Shown here: piece by piece, positions 29,051 to 37,988 of the stretch | Layout: every line of letters starts with the position of its first letter | Position numbering within the stretch: the first letter of the stretch is position 1 | Source of the DNA: a virus | Virus record (IMG/VR): IMGVR_UViG_3300019776_000919 | Span: 64,001 to 128,000 of that record | Reading direction: 5' to 3' (one strand) | Length of the DNA stretch: 64,000 nt | Translations under genes and position numbers: made by a program | The notes under the pieces: generated by a model | The model's database searches: none | What the model saw: only the letters and a program-made list of their open reading frames with translations | What the model was told of the DNA's origin: nothing

Positions 29051-29442
29051 TTCTTGACTCCATCAGTTTTAAAGTCATCTTTCTTGATGTTGTATTTTTC
29101 TAATTCTGTGTCAAGAATAATATTTGCTTTCTTTCTAAGCAAACTAATGATTTTCTCTACTTCAGGAGACTCTGCAGCTTTAAGAGCATAATGAGCACCG
29201 ACCAAGTATGCAGTTTGTGTTTTATCAGGTAGGGCTACATTGGCAATAATGAAAAATAAAGAAAGAAGCGGCATTAACCTATTACCTTTCATAAAAGGGA
29301 ACTTGGTGCCAGTGTCGTTTACAGGGTCTAAAGTGAAAATAGTGATTATCAAAGCCACTATACCAGTGGCAATTGCTGCTACGGCTAAGAAGCTTCTGAA
29401 AGCATCCAGTTTTAACCAAAGATAAAGAATGAAAAGTTCCAT
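29047..29442 (-). CDS. membrane protein
   Basis: Two TM segments followed by LPDKTQTAY. Confidence 0.65.
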   Translation of the reverse strand: MELFILYLWLKLDAFRSFLAVAAIATGIVALIITIFTLDPVNDTGTKFPFMKGNRLMPLLSLFFIIANVALPDKTQTAYLVGAHYALKAAESPEVEKIISLLRKKANIILDTELEKYNIKKDDFKTDGVKK

Positions 29443-29477
29443 GATTTGTTTCTTAAAGTTAGGTTAAAGTTCAAAAT

Positions 29478-29708
29478 TTAAACTGGTCTATCGTAATTGT
29501 AAAGATCATAATCCCAATACCTATTTTTATTATAGGGATCATCCTGATGCATTTTTAAACATTCCGGATGCATTTTATTTGTCCCTGCATCCCCTTCGTA
29601 ATAACTACGCCAACGTTTATATTCGTGATTAATCTGAATTTGTTGGCCACAGCTATGGCAAATGTGTATTTTCCTAGCTTTATGAGTTTCTATTTCTGTA
29701 CAATGCAT
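29478..29708 (-). CDS. small Zn-ribbon protein
   Basis: KARK.H.C..C...I...H..C. Confidence 0.6.
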   Translation of the reverse strand: MHCTEIETHKARKIHICHSCGQQIQINHEYKRWRSYYEGDAGTNKMHPECLKMHQDDPYNKNRYWDYDLYNYDRPV

Positions 29709-29917
29709 GCGTCGGATTTTTTAACGTTTAACTTATCTGCAGGGTAACCCTGAAGTATATCAATACACACCCAACCCACAATACATATATACGCAATTAG
29801 CTGAAACCAATTAAAAAAATTCAGTTTAGGATTCTTGTATGAGAAAGCCTTTAATAGATTGTATTGCAAATTTCCTAGCAAAATGCCTACGATAAAGTAA
29901 GAAAATGAAAATGACAT
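29690..29917 (-). CDS. small membrane protein
   Basis: AAGGA RBS, hydrophobic. Confidence 0.5.
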   Translation of the reverse strand: MSFSFSYFIVGILLGNLQYNLLKAFSYKNPKLNFFNWFQLIAYICIVGWVCIDILQGYPADKLNVKKSDACIVQK

Positions 29918-30001
29918 GAATCTTCCTTTAAGGGGTTAAATCGAAAAATAAAACTAAGTAAAGCTAAAGTCTACTTAGGATTTAGAGATGGGGGCGGATG
30001 G

Positions 30002-30078
30002 TGGTGCCGACTATCCGAATCGAACGGATGACCTACCGCTTACAAGGCGGTTGCTCTACCGGGCTGAGCTAAGTCGGC
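30002..30078 (-). tRNA. tRNA-Thr(TGT)
   Basis: Cloverleaf, CTTGTAA loop, CCA. Confidence 0.95.
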
Positions 30079-30126
30079 GTGTTCCGTATTTTAAATTGAT
30101 ACTGCTTTAAAGTCAACAACATCAAT

Positions 30127-30513
30127 TTAAATTCGTTTAACTGGGAAGGTATATATTACGTACGGTTTTTTGTTGGAAAAAGTGGCAAGTATCGAATCAA
30201 CTTCGTCTTTGGCGTATCCTAGAGCCCCGTACGTCTTTCTAGCCGTAGGCATAGAGGTGGGGTCATAAAGACGCTTTAAAACGTTGTTAAGTCTAGATAT
30301 CGGAGTAATCCTTGTATGTATGCGGCGCTTTTCAAACCGCATAGAAGCAATCTTTTTATGATAACGCTTCGATTCCAAATTTTCTTTGCGAATATAGCTC
30401 TTAATGGAGGGGGTTATTCCATCAAGCGTCCATTCGTACGGATGACTTCTACTTCCGTTATTCACAACTCTGATCAAAAACCCCCTGTGGCGGAAAAGCA
30501 AAATGGGTTTCAT
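30127..30513 (-). CDS. basic hypothetical protein
   Basis: 128-aa ORF in operon. Confidence 0.55.
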   Translation of the reverse strand: MKPILLFRHRGFLIRVVNNGSRSHPYEWTLDGITPSIKSYIRKENLESKRYHKKIASMRFEKRRIHTRITPISRLNNVLKRLYDPTSMPTARKTYGALGYAKDEVDSILATFSNKKPYVIYTFPVKRI

Positions 30514-30514
30514 T

Positions 30515-30829
30515 TCAATCCCTGATTGTCAAGAGTTTTTTTGTCATATCCTCCGCCATTTTCTTACCCCCGTGTTTATCAGGGTGGCAAAGCATAATCA
30601 ACCTCTTTATATCTTCTTGAGAGAAGGGATTCTTAGTATTCGTTCTTTTTTGCAGTTCCGAAATGATAAATTTCATTTCTCTTATCAAATCCTCTTGGTG
30701 ATCAAGTTTGTGATGTTGTTGATGGACAAGTTCTGACAGAGATGTGGATTTATGCATAGATGCCCACAATAAAACAACTAATACTATTACCACTGCAATC
30801 AACAGGGTAATTGCCAATTGGGCGGTCAT
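30515..30829 (-). CDS. membrane-anchored protein with partial J-domain
   Basis: N-terminal TM, coiled coil, C-terminal IKRLIMLCHPDKHGG. Confidence 0.65.
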   Translation of the reverse strand: MTAQLAITLLIAVVIVLVVLLWASMHKSTSLSELVHQQHHKLDHQEDLIREMKFIISELQKRTNTKNPFSQEDIKRLIMLCHPDKHGGKKMAEDMTKKLLTIRD

Positions 30830-30886
30830 ATTTGTATATCCATTTAATCAAGTCAAAAAAATAAAGCCTAGAATTAACGTAGGCTT

Positions 30887-31144
30887 TTATGAGAAGGATT
30901 GATTCTCAGATTTACTGAGTATTGCAGATGGTGAAAATTTGTAAGAAAAAGCCATCTCTGGTGGATTTTCGTATTTCTTTACAAATTTCTCCGCAAGCTC
31001 TTGATTGGGAAAATACCTAATCAAGACTTCAGCGTTTTGATAATCCCACCCTCCGGGTATATACCAATAACTGACAGCGTGGGTTGTTTCTACGGAGGGT
31101 TCCAGAGTGCCGCCAAAACTGAATATTTCAATATGGTTTGACAA
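30887..31144 (-). CDS. hypothetical protein
   Basis: 85-aa ORF downstream of tRNA-Val. Confidence 0.5.
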   Translation of the reverse strand: MSNHIEIFSFGGTLEPSVETTHAVSYWYIPGGWDYQNAEVLIRYFPNQELAEKFVKKYENPPEMAFSYKFSPSAILSKSENQSFS

Positions 31145-31178
31145 TTACCACACCCTTAAAGATAACTGACGGTGTATT

Positions 31179-31254
31179 TGGTGGATCCTGACGGGCTCGA
31201 ACCGCCGACCTATGCCTTGTAAGGGCACCGCTCTACCAACTGAGCTAAGGATCC
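31179..31254 (-). tRNA. tRNA-Val(TAC)
   Basis: Cloverleaf, CTTACAA loop, CCA. Confidence 0.95.
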
Positions 31255-31269
31255 ATATTCGTATTATAA

Positions 31270-31518
31270 CTACAATTCTTCTCGATTGGAATACTTGTAG
31301 TTTTTCCGCAACAGTTTGCAGATTGTTTCAAAGGCTTGTTTTGCCCAGACCATGTTCAGGACTGGGGTGATGCTGATCACGATAACTGCAATCGTTGCAA
31401 AAATGATTTGGCCATCCGAGAGGTAGTATCCCTCTTTCGTCGGGACAATCAATTTCAGCCCCAATAGGCAAAGGCACAGGATCACTGCGCCTTCATATGC
31501 GATTTTCAAAATCTCCAT
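31270..31518 (-). CDS. small membrane protein
   Basis: GAGGGG RBS; two hydrophobic segments. Confidence 0.55.
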   Translation of the reverse strand: MEILKIAYEGAVILCLCLLGLKLIVPTKEGYYLSDGQIIFATIAVIVISITPVLNMVWAKQAFETICKLLRKNYKYSNREEL

Positions 31519-31530
31519 GATCCCCTCGTT

Positions 31531-31743
31531 TCAGTTGAGTTTCTTGAGATGACCTTCCGCAATGCCCAGGTCCAGCCGAGTCAACGGCTTACCCCGAGAG
31601 CGAATTTCCAGGCTTTTGACATCCTTGGAATTGTCCAAAGTTTCAAGAAGCAGGACCAGATTTTCAAGTCTGGATGGAGTATACAACTCCACCGAAGTGG
31701 GGCCGATGCAACCCTCATAGAGAGTGATTTTGATAGCAAGCAT
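31531..31743 (-). CDS. hypothetical protein
   Basis: AAGGA RBS; promoter at 31779. Confidence 0.6.
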   Translation of the reverse strand: MLAIKITLYEGCIGPTSVELYTPSRLENLVLLLETLDNSKDVKSLEIRSRGKPLTRLDLGIAEGHLKKLN

Positions 31744-31789
31744 TCCTTTATTCCCTCAATAAAGTTCTTCCTACTATACTTATACCATA

Positions 31790-31990
31790 TTACAACTTAA
31801 AGTTGAATAACTTAGCCAGTAAACCTCGTCGCTCCGTGCTAGACTTTTGGCGAAATTCTTTAAGAGTCTTGGCTAAAAACTTGAACTCTTCATCGGAAGG
31901 TCCGAGTTTCAAAAACTCATACATGGCAAGAGTTATTTGTATCTCTTCACCGGGTTTAGGATTACTGTTTTCGCTCATTGATTTATTCAC
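31790..31990 (-). CDS. hypothetical protein
   Basis: 66-aa ORF. Confidence 0.45.
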   Translation of the reverse strand: MNKSMSENSNPKPGEEIQITLAMYEFLKLGPSDEEFKFLAKTLKEFRQKSSTERRGLLAKLFNFKL

Positions 31991-32228
31991 TTTCAGGTTG
32001 AGTCAAGAATGCGCTAGAGAAGCCCGACTATTATCATCCCCCTACCGTTTTACCCAAACAGGGGTTATCCACTAAGTCTCTCTACTAGAGTGTTATTAAT
32101 AGAGTGACATAGGATATTTCACTTTCTCTTACTGGTGATGCTGTGGATGGTAAGAGAAGCCATGATAATAGGTCAATCCGGTGGGCTAGCCCGGATGAGG
32201 AGGTGTTTGGAACCAGTCGATATTCAGA

Positions 32229-33011
32229 TCAAGTCAAAGTGTTCCGCATCGCAGAAGAAAAGTGCTTGTGGATCAAATTGTTGAACATTGAAGCCAGGGC
32301 GTTGGTGATGTGCTTGAACATGTCCCGGAAAACCAAGCGCAAAACATCGCTGACCAAGAAAATCGGCCAAGCAAGCGTTTTGTCTGCCAAATTCCAAGCA
32401 GTCAAAGACTTGTTTAAGGAAAAGACGAACGGGTCCTTGATTTCATTCAGGCAGGATTTGTTTGCCACGTATGAATATTGAATACTAACCATGTCAAACC
32501 GAATGAGGGTTTGATCAGACAGTCGACCGGTAAATTTGCGCACGATTTCATACACCTCCAAAACTTCTTTATGAACTCCGGGAGACCAATCTTCATTCGT
32601 TTTTTTAAGCAGGTTTTGATAGGTATCAAAAAGTTGATAACTGATCAAAGTCTGCTTCCATGTGTTAGCCAAAAACCCCTTGGTCAAAATAACTTCATGG
32701 AGCGTAGCTGCAATGGCATAAATGATGCCTATTGCAAAGTACGCAAAGATGTACCCCGTTGAATTCCAAATTGAAAGACCGAGGTCCCGAACACTTTCAG
32801 GATACGATTTCGGAGATACCGTCGCACATATAAATTCATATGCAACAAACCCGAGCGCAATCCAGTAGTACGAGGAGTATTGATCCGGGGTGTTCAAAAA
32901 ATCTTGAAGCCTGTAATACTTTCGATCCACCGCTCGGATGCATTCGAAGAGAATCCAAAACCCCAAGACCCAAGTCAAAAGGAACGGAGTGAGAAATTCA
33001 AAAACGATCAT
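32229..33011 (-). CDS. multi-pass membrane protein
   Basis: Several TM segments; YFAIGIIYA and LAWPIF motifs. Confidence 0.7.
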   Translation of the reverse strand: MIVFEFLTPFLLTWVLGFWILFECIRAVDRKYYRLQDFLNTPDQYSSYYWIALGFVAYEFICATVSPKSYPESVRDLGLSIWNSTGYIFAYFAIGIIYAIAATLHEVILTKGFLANTWKQTLISYQLFDTYQNLLKKTNEDWSPGVHKEVLEVYEIVRKFTGRLSDQTLIRFDMVSIQYSYVANKSCLNEIKDPFVFSLNKSLTAWNLADKTLAWPIFLVSDVLRLVFRDMFKHITNALASMFNNLIHKHFSSAMRNTLT

Positions 33012-33100
33012 AAACCACCATTATGAATAGGGGTTGAAATTTAAAGCCAAACTTTGCTATTATTTTTTAGTTTTTGTATCTAGGTCAGTTGACGTTTGAT

Positions 33101-33538
33101 TTAAACCACGTAGCCCCGGTCGACTTGCATCAGCTTACGGATCTCCAGAAGATCCATATGATTGACTTGAAGCGATCCTTGATGATAGTGAGTGGCCCGA
33201 TATCCAATTTTTATAAATACCTCGTGGGCAACATCGCCAGGAACAATGTTGATAATCCCGTTGGGCCGACTTTGAGCTTCAACCATCAATCGATCCAACG
33301 TCTCTTGGATTTGAATCGTGGGACCATCCGCCTTAATGCTTGACATGGATTGAGAGATTTTGCACACGGCGAGGATGTACAAAGGCAGGCTCAAAACAAA
33401 CACCTTTTCTGCTGGAGTTGATTGGCTTGTGCAATACAAACCCCAGACCATCGGAATGCAACAAGACAGCACAATTATTGCAATATTCAGGAGTTTTCGA
33501 TTGTGCGGGGCGGGCAGGGGTTGAAGATTCGATTTCAT
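33101..33538 (-). CDS. membrane protein
   Basis: GAGG RBS, promoter at 33600, two TM segments. Confidence 0.6.
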   Translation of the reverse strand: MKSNLQPLPAPHNRKLLNIAIIVLSCCIPMVWGLYCTSQSTPAEKVFVLSLPLYILAVCKISQSMSSIKADGPTIQIQETLDRLMVEAQSRPNGIINIVPGDVAHEVFIKIGYRATHYHQGSLQVNHMDLLEIRKLMQVDRGYVV

Positions 33539-33637
33539 AGCGCCTCTGATGATTGAAGTATTAGCTAAATTTTCAGGAGACGTATATGTCTCTATACTTC
33601 TTATACCAGAATAAGCACTTGTAATTGAATGTAGAAT

Positions 33638-33880
33638 TTAATCCGAATATACTAATTCACCGTCAGACAATTTGATGATGTTGGTATACCCTCCCGGTTC
33701 CCTGCTTATGTAACAATCAGTTTCTGTTCTGACCCAAGGAAGGATATCCCCAATTCTGTATTGGGAATACCACATGCGGTGGTCTGAGAAACCAACAATT
33801 TTAATACCTATTGGATTTTTTCTGGCAACAGGAGTTAAAGAGGGGTCGATTATGTTTGTATTTGGCTGAGATTCTTGCAT
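33638..33880 (-). CDS. hypothetical protein
   Basis: 80-aa ORF overlapping the upstream gene. Confidence 0.55.
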   Translation of the reverse strand: MQESQPNTNIIDPSLTPVARKNPIGIKIVGFSDHRMWYSQYRIGDILPWVRTETDCYISREPGGYTNIIKLSDGELVYSD

Positions 33881-34236
33881 GAACGCAATTCTACCTCGTA
33901 TTTAAGCTGAGGTCTATACCAAATTCTTCCGGATATAGGATTTGGCTCTTGCCGATGCCTAGACCAGTCTGCATATTTACTCATGCCACCTAATTTGTCG
34001 TGCCATCTAAGCATAATTCTGCAAATAGAACCAACGTCTTTTCTTTGGCTGCACGCCATTTCATCAAGGATTTCTCCGGTCGGAGAAAATAGCCTAGCGT
34101 GCCACCTATCATTGATCTTTGTCACTTTAATGTAAATATCGGGATGATTATAAATAACCGGCGGCATCATCTTTTCTTTTTTACATTGTAATTTTTGCCT
34201 ACGTTCTAATTTTTGTTTACGCTTTGACTTTTTCAT
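33850..34236 (-). CDS. hypothetical protein
   Basis: 128-aa ORF. Confidence 0.6.
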   Translation of the reverse strand: MKKSKRKQKLERRQKLQCKKEKMMPPVIYNHPDIYIKVTKINDRWHARLFSPTGEILDEMACSQRKDVGSICRIMLRWHDKLGGMSKYADWSRHRQEPNPISGRIWYRPQLKYEVELRSCKNLSQIQT

Positions 34237-34517
34237 AGTATATAGAATGTGTAGGTAAGCTAAAAACTAAAGAAAATGAGTGAATTCAAACTTGAAATAA
34301 GGTAGGGGGCTACCATAACCTAGGTGTACAGCCTAAGTTACGGTAGCCATTAGGGTTCGGCACGAAGGCACAGGGGAACTCTACGCAGGCCAGATTGCTC
34401 GGGAAGATATTAACCCTTGGTTTAGTGTATACGGCAAAGAGTTTATTCTCTACCGTTTCGTCCACTGCTTATAGTCCCGGACTGATCACTACACGGACTG
34501 TTGGCTGCTGTGCCGTA

Positions 34518-34919
34518 TTACATGTAGGCACGGGCTTCGCTGAGGACCTTGGCTTCGCCTTCCATGGCGTCGCTAACGGCTTTGTTGAACTGGATGTGGT
34601 CGAAATCCTGCTGCGCCAGAGCTGCTTTCAACTTGGTCAACTCGATCAAGGAATGTTTGATGGCCTTCTCAGCGGCACGCAGCTTGCGAATGGATTTCAC
34701 CCGCTTTTTCAGGTGGGCATCCAGGTCGGAGATCTGGCCGACCTTCACTTGAATGAGATCGTTTTGACGATCTTCGTTCAGTTGTGCCTGGGCTTTCGCA
34801 AAGGCCTCGCTTGAGGCGATGCCGGGGGCCTGCTCGAATTCGGCCAAGTCGTCTGCCGAGACGCTTGCCGCCGGATTTCCGGGGAGCTTCACGTTGTTCT
34901 TCAACTTGTCTTTGCTCAT
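34518..34919 (-). CDS. coiled-coil hypothetical protein
   Basis: AAGG RBS, GC-rich codons. Confidence 0.65.
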   Translation of the reverse strand: MSKDKLKNNVKLPGNPAASVSADDLAEFEQAPGIASSEAFAKAQAQLNEDRQNDLIQVKVGQISDLDAHLKKRVKSIRKLRAAEKAIKHSLIELTKLKAALAQQDFDHIQFNKAVSDAMEGEAKVLSEARAYM

Positions 34920-34999
34920 GTTCTGCCTTTCGTGCAGTTGAGTGGTGGTGAAGGAAGATGGTAGGACGTACTGGATTCGAACCAGTGACCATCGGATTA

Positions 35000-35656
35000 C
35001 TTACTACTCCAGTTTTCACTGGCTGATTTTCATCATTGTAGTCTGGACTATATCATCACCTTCTGTCTTCACAGTTAAGGTGTCTTGCTCGTAGTCTCTG
35101 AGGACTCTCATAACGTCTAGGTAATCTGATAGCAAGTTTACCTTGCTATTCTGCCCGTTCTTAGGAGGATCGGCTCTCAGTGTCAAATGTGAACCTGTTG
35201 TTTTCAACAGCTCATCGTTTCTAATCCAAGCAATCTTGTCATCATCAACGCAGTAAACTGCATATATTTGACAATCTTTCATGTTGTATTGAAACCTATA
35301 ATTTGGCCCTGATTTCCAACCGCATACTGAATAAACCCCGTTTGTTTTAGTTACGGTTTTTACCTGTATGCCTATCAGCTTTGACTTTACTTCAAGCACT
35401 AAGTCTATTCTTGAGATATCACCGAGTTCGATGAATACTGAATATCCTAAGGCCAAAAGCTCAGTCGCTACTTTCATTTCTCCTAAATTACCTAATCGCT
35501 TAGTGTGCATAATCTTTTGGATTATACATCACAAGTTGCCTGCTGATTGACCAATCCTTTAGATTTTTACGACTGGGGTCGTACTAAAGGCTCTAAGGTT
35601 ATTCCAGCATATCGCAAGATTTTCATTCACATATTTCTATGTGACGCTTCCAATCA
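35000..35656 (-). mobile_element. group I intron (657 nt) carrying a homing endonuclease
   Basis: P1 CTTT^T-GATT-GGAAG; P ATATGCTGGAA, Q AATCAGCAGG, R CAGAGACTAC, S GATATAGTCC; terminal G. Confidence 0.9.
35016..35510 (-). CDS. intron-encoded PD-(D/E)XK homing endonuclease (I-Ssp6803I-like)
   Basis: TKRLG.LGE..V...L...GY.V..E.GD..R.DLV......IQVKT; the C-terminus is read through the intron R and S elements. Confidence 0.85.
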   Translation of the reverse strand: MHTKRLGNLGEMKVATELLALGYSVFIELGDISRIDLVLEVKSKLIGIQVKTVTKTNGVYSVCGWKSGPNYRFQYNMKDCQIYAVYCVDDDKIAWIRNDELLKTTGSHLTLRADPPKNGQNSKVNLLSDYLDVMRVLRDYEQDTLTVKTEGDDIVQTTMMKISQ

Positions 35657-35737
35657 AAAGTCCGGTGCTCTACCAACTGAGCTAACGTCCCAAATTTGCA
35701 ACCTAGTATTTTACACTAGATTCTAATCGAAATCAAA

Positions 35738-36142
35738 TCAATTCGGCCCAAAGAAATAGATCCAATCACCCATCGTCAGTGCCAGCGACTGAGGGACCGT
35801 GCTGCTGAAAAGGTTTACCCACGCTGCGTACTCCGTCATGGCTGCAGTGTGTTCTTGAATTTTTGCATGGGCTTCAGCGAACGATTTCTGAAGATCAGTA
35901 TTCAAAACCACCTTTGGAGCAGCCCCGGTGTTGGACACCAGATTATGAGACTCGCTTTGGGTAATGGTTACCCCCTTGGTGCGGAGTTCTGCTTCAAGCT
36001 CGTCTTTCCGTTTTACCCAGTATTCAGCCCTGGATTTGCGAAATTCCAACTTCTTCTGTGCCGCTTTCAAAAGAATCGGCTGGTCAAAGTTGAACAACCA
36101 ATTTTCACGATGAGATTCGAAATGCTTAGGGTCAAGTAACAT
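35738..36142 (-). CDS. hypothetical coiled-coil protein
   Basis: Start at MLLDPK after an AAGG RBS. Confidence 0.65.
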   Translation of the reverse strand: MLLDPKHFESHRENWLFNFDQPILLKAAQKKLEFRKSRAEYWVKRKDELEAELRTKGVTITQSESHNLVSNTGAAPKVVLNTDLQKSFAEAHAKIQEHTAAMTEYAAWVNLFSSTVPQSLALTMGDWIYFFGPN

Positions 36143-36249
36143 GACAGCCTTTCTATGGGGGTGCCCGACCCTCAAGATGAACAAACTCGTCTTACCACCA
36201 CAGCAGTCGGAGAACGAGGGTCGGGCGAAACTGAAAAATTATGAATCTG

Positions 36250-36362
36250 AGAGGTTGATAAGGGTGCTGGCTTCAACGCCACGGTCAATAGAGGAGGGTA
36301 TATTGAACGTGATTGGCCCAGAGGGTAGGCCTTTTATGAAACCAGCACTCCTATCAATCTCT
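36250..36362. ncRNA. stem-closed small RNA candidate
   Basis: ~26-bp imperfect terminal stem AGAGGTTGATAAGGGTGCTGGCTTCA / TGAAACCAGCACTCCTATCAATCTCT. Confidence 0.5.
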
Positions 36363-36493
36363 ACGGGACTTGATAGGGGAATAGTGGTCGCCATTCCGCT
36401 TTTAAATTAGTGCTGTTCCTCAAGTATGCTTTTTATTGCATCGGTGCGGACCTCCTTGGCCGCTCGATTAATGAAGGCATGGTTTCAGGCAAA

Positions 36494-36567
36494 TGGAGCG
36501 GGGTACGAGACTCGAACTCGTTTAGGTAGCTTGGAAGGCTACAGCACAACCCATATGCCAACCCCGC
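36494..36567 (-). tRNA. tRNA-Gly(TCC)
   Basis: Cloverleaf, CTTCCAA loop, discriminator T, CCA. Confidence 0.9.
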
Positions 36568-36571
36568 AAAA

Positions 36572-36682
36572 GGCAGAAGTAGAGAAAGACCGGACGTTGC
36601 TCACATGAATGAGCTGGTTAATTCCTCCGGCATAGACCTGGGGCTAAACACCCCCTGCTTGCCACACATTCTCTACTTTGCC
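36572..36682 (-). ncRNA. stem-closed small RNA candidate
   Basis: GGCAAAGTAGAGAA / TTCTCTACTTCTGCC ends plus internal hairpins. Confidence 0.55.
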
Positions 36683-36774
36683 AAAACTGAATAACGTCAC
36701 CCTTTACATCTTGTCTGTGGGGTGTTCACAATCGGCTTATCCAACAAGTCTCACCAATCGTTACGTCATATTTA

Positions 36775-36850
36775 TGGCTCCCCGACCTGGGCTCGAACCA
36801 GGGACCTACGGATTAACAGTCCGGCGCTCTACCAACTGAGCTATCAGGGA
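36775..36850 (-). tRNA. tRNA-Asn(GTT)
   Basis: Cloverleaf, CTGTTAA loop, CCA. Confidence 0.95.
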
Positions 36851-37027
36851 ATTGTGAAAGTGGTATTTCATATTATACCACAATCAATGAACAGAAGCGG
36901 CAATCTAGTATGCCTATTACTAATCATTATTAGTACTGTACCCTACCTGAACGTTTAGTCGTGCTCCCAATGCTTCACATGGAAATATGCACGGATCAGG
37001 GTGTTACATGTTTACCGGGTCATTGAT

Positions 37028-37128
37028 TGGAGGAGAGACTGGGATTCGAACCCAGGTTTCAATGCCAATTCCTACCTTCGGTTGCTCCCGTGTAGTCCTT
37101 GCGTCCTAAGCCTCTAGACGATCTCTCT
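37028..37128 (-). ncRNA. tRNA-like RNA with expanded, non-canonical anticodon arm
   Basis: Acceptor stem, D arm GTCTAGAGGCTTAGGAC, T arm CTGGG-TTCGAAT-CCCAG and CCA present; ~47 nt between D and T arms with no 7-nt anticodon loop. Confidence 0.65.
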
Positions 37129-37136
37129 TTTTAAAA

Positions 37137-37250
37137 CCTCGTCAAGGTGGAATCAAACCACCATTATGGAGTTGGCATTGCCGTTACGAACAATCGTCGT
37201 GTTTGGCACGTCCTAGTGCTCCATTGTAATGCCATTATACTATCGACGAG
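37137..37250 (-). ncRNA. tRNA-like RNA (Gly-like body) with ~40-nt insert in the anticodon loop
   Basis: TCGTCGA/TTGACGA acceptor, D arm TAGTATAATGGCATTAC, ATGGAG/CTCCAT stem, T arm GGTGG-TTTGATT-CCACC; no CCA. Confidence 0.6.
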
Positions 37251-37276
37251 TAACATCCGGTCAGCTACTCCGGAGG

Positions 37277-37366
37277 TTGAAATAGTTAGAAGCTTATTCC
37301 ACGAGCCGTTTATGGTCACGGTGCAAGAATGAACTTCGCTCTGAATACAGCTTCTAACTATTTCAA
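37277..37366. ncRNA. stem-closed small RNA candidate
   Basis: Perfect 18-bp TTGAAATAGTTAGAAGCT / AGCTTCTAACTATTTCAA plus 5 further pairs. Confidence 0.55.
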
Positions 37367-37376
37367 TTGGCAAAGC

Positions 37377-37508
37377 TCACATACCGTTACCAACAAAGTA
37401 GAACCAAAGGTCCGTGTCATGGTTTTTGCAAATGTCTGCGTGGAGCATGGCCCAGTCCAAGTTCAGACGTGATTGTGGTGATGCGTAGACGTTCAAAAGG
37501 GAAAGCAT
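37377..37508 (-). CDS. 43-aa small protein (not in the ORF track)
   Basis: AGGAG RBS, MLSLLNVYASPQSRLNLDWAMLHADICKNHDTDLWFYFVGNGM. Confidence 0.45.
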   Translation of the reverse strand: MLSLLNVYASPQSRLNLDWAMLHADICKNHDTDLWFYFVGNGM

Positions 37509-37519
37509 GTGAACTCCTA

Positions 37520-37727
37520 ACTGTATGAAAGACAAGTCAAGCAATACCTTATCCAAGTGGCCTTATTGAGACTTTTCCAGTAAGAGGGACTCTCCTGGTA
37601 CGGTAGTCAAAAGGGGACTCAAACAAGTGCCGAAGGATTTACCCTGGGAGCCAAAATCACTTTCTTCACTCAAGTTTACCGCGAATAGACTTGATCTATT
37701 AGAACAAAGACTTGTCTTTAATACAGT
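37520..37727. ncRNA. stem-closed RNA candidate (~208 nt)
   Basis: 18/19-bp terminal inverted repeat ACTGTATGAAAGACAAGTC / GACTTGTCTTTAATACAGT. Confidence 0.55.
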
Positions 37728-37740
37728 CAAGGTGGATTGG

Positions 37741-37914
37741 AAATTACGCAAAAGGTGGTGAACCTCAGTCATCAATTTATAGTTGCGACCTATTGTTGCG
37801 TCTGGGATTAATAACCCGCTGTGTTTCGTGGCCACAAAGAGCACAGTTGAGAGTTACATGATCAGGTTCAGCCAACATTGAATTCTTCAGGTTCACCACC
37901 TTTTGCGCAAATTT
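37741..37914 (-). ncRNA. stem-closed RNA candidate (~174 nt)
   Basis: ~24-bp terminal stem including CGCAAAAGGTGGTGAACCT / AGGTTCACCACCTTTTGCG. Confidence 0.6.
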
Positions 37915-37988
37915 AAGGTGCCCCTCCTTTGAGGCACGGTACTCTTACAAAGCAAGGCTCCTTGCGAACAAGGATCTTGGGAGGGGCA

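Larger units (their letters stand above)
34959..35691 (-). tRNA. tRNA-Lys(TTT) interrupted by a group I intron
   Basis: 5' exon 35691-35657 (GGGACGTTAGCTCAG...GGACTTT), 3' exon 34999-34959 (TAATCCGATGGTC...TTCGAATCC...CCA); the spliced loop reads CTTTTAA. Confidence 0.9.

Noticed and set aside
34669-35019. 116-aa minus ORF
   Set aside because: Runs through the tRNA-Lys 3' exon and out of frame over the 34518-34919 gene.
36141-37844. Short ORFs from the track (36141, 36426, 36722, 37147, 37164, 37563)
   Set aside because: They overlap tRNAs or stem-closed RNA units and lack RBS or motifs.
37741-37914. Hammerhead ribozyme (CTGAAGA and CGAAAC on the minus strand)
   Set aside because: Stem II cannot be closed between the two core motifs.
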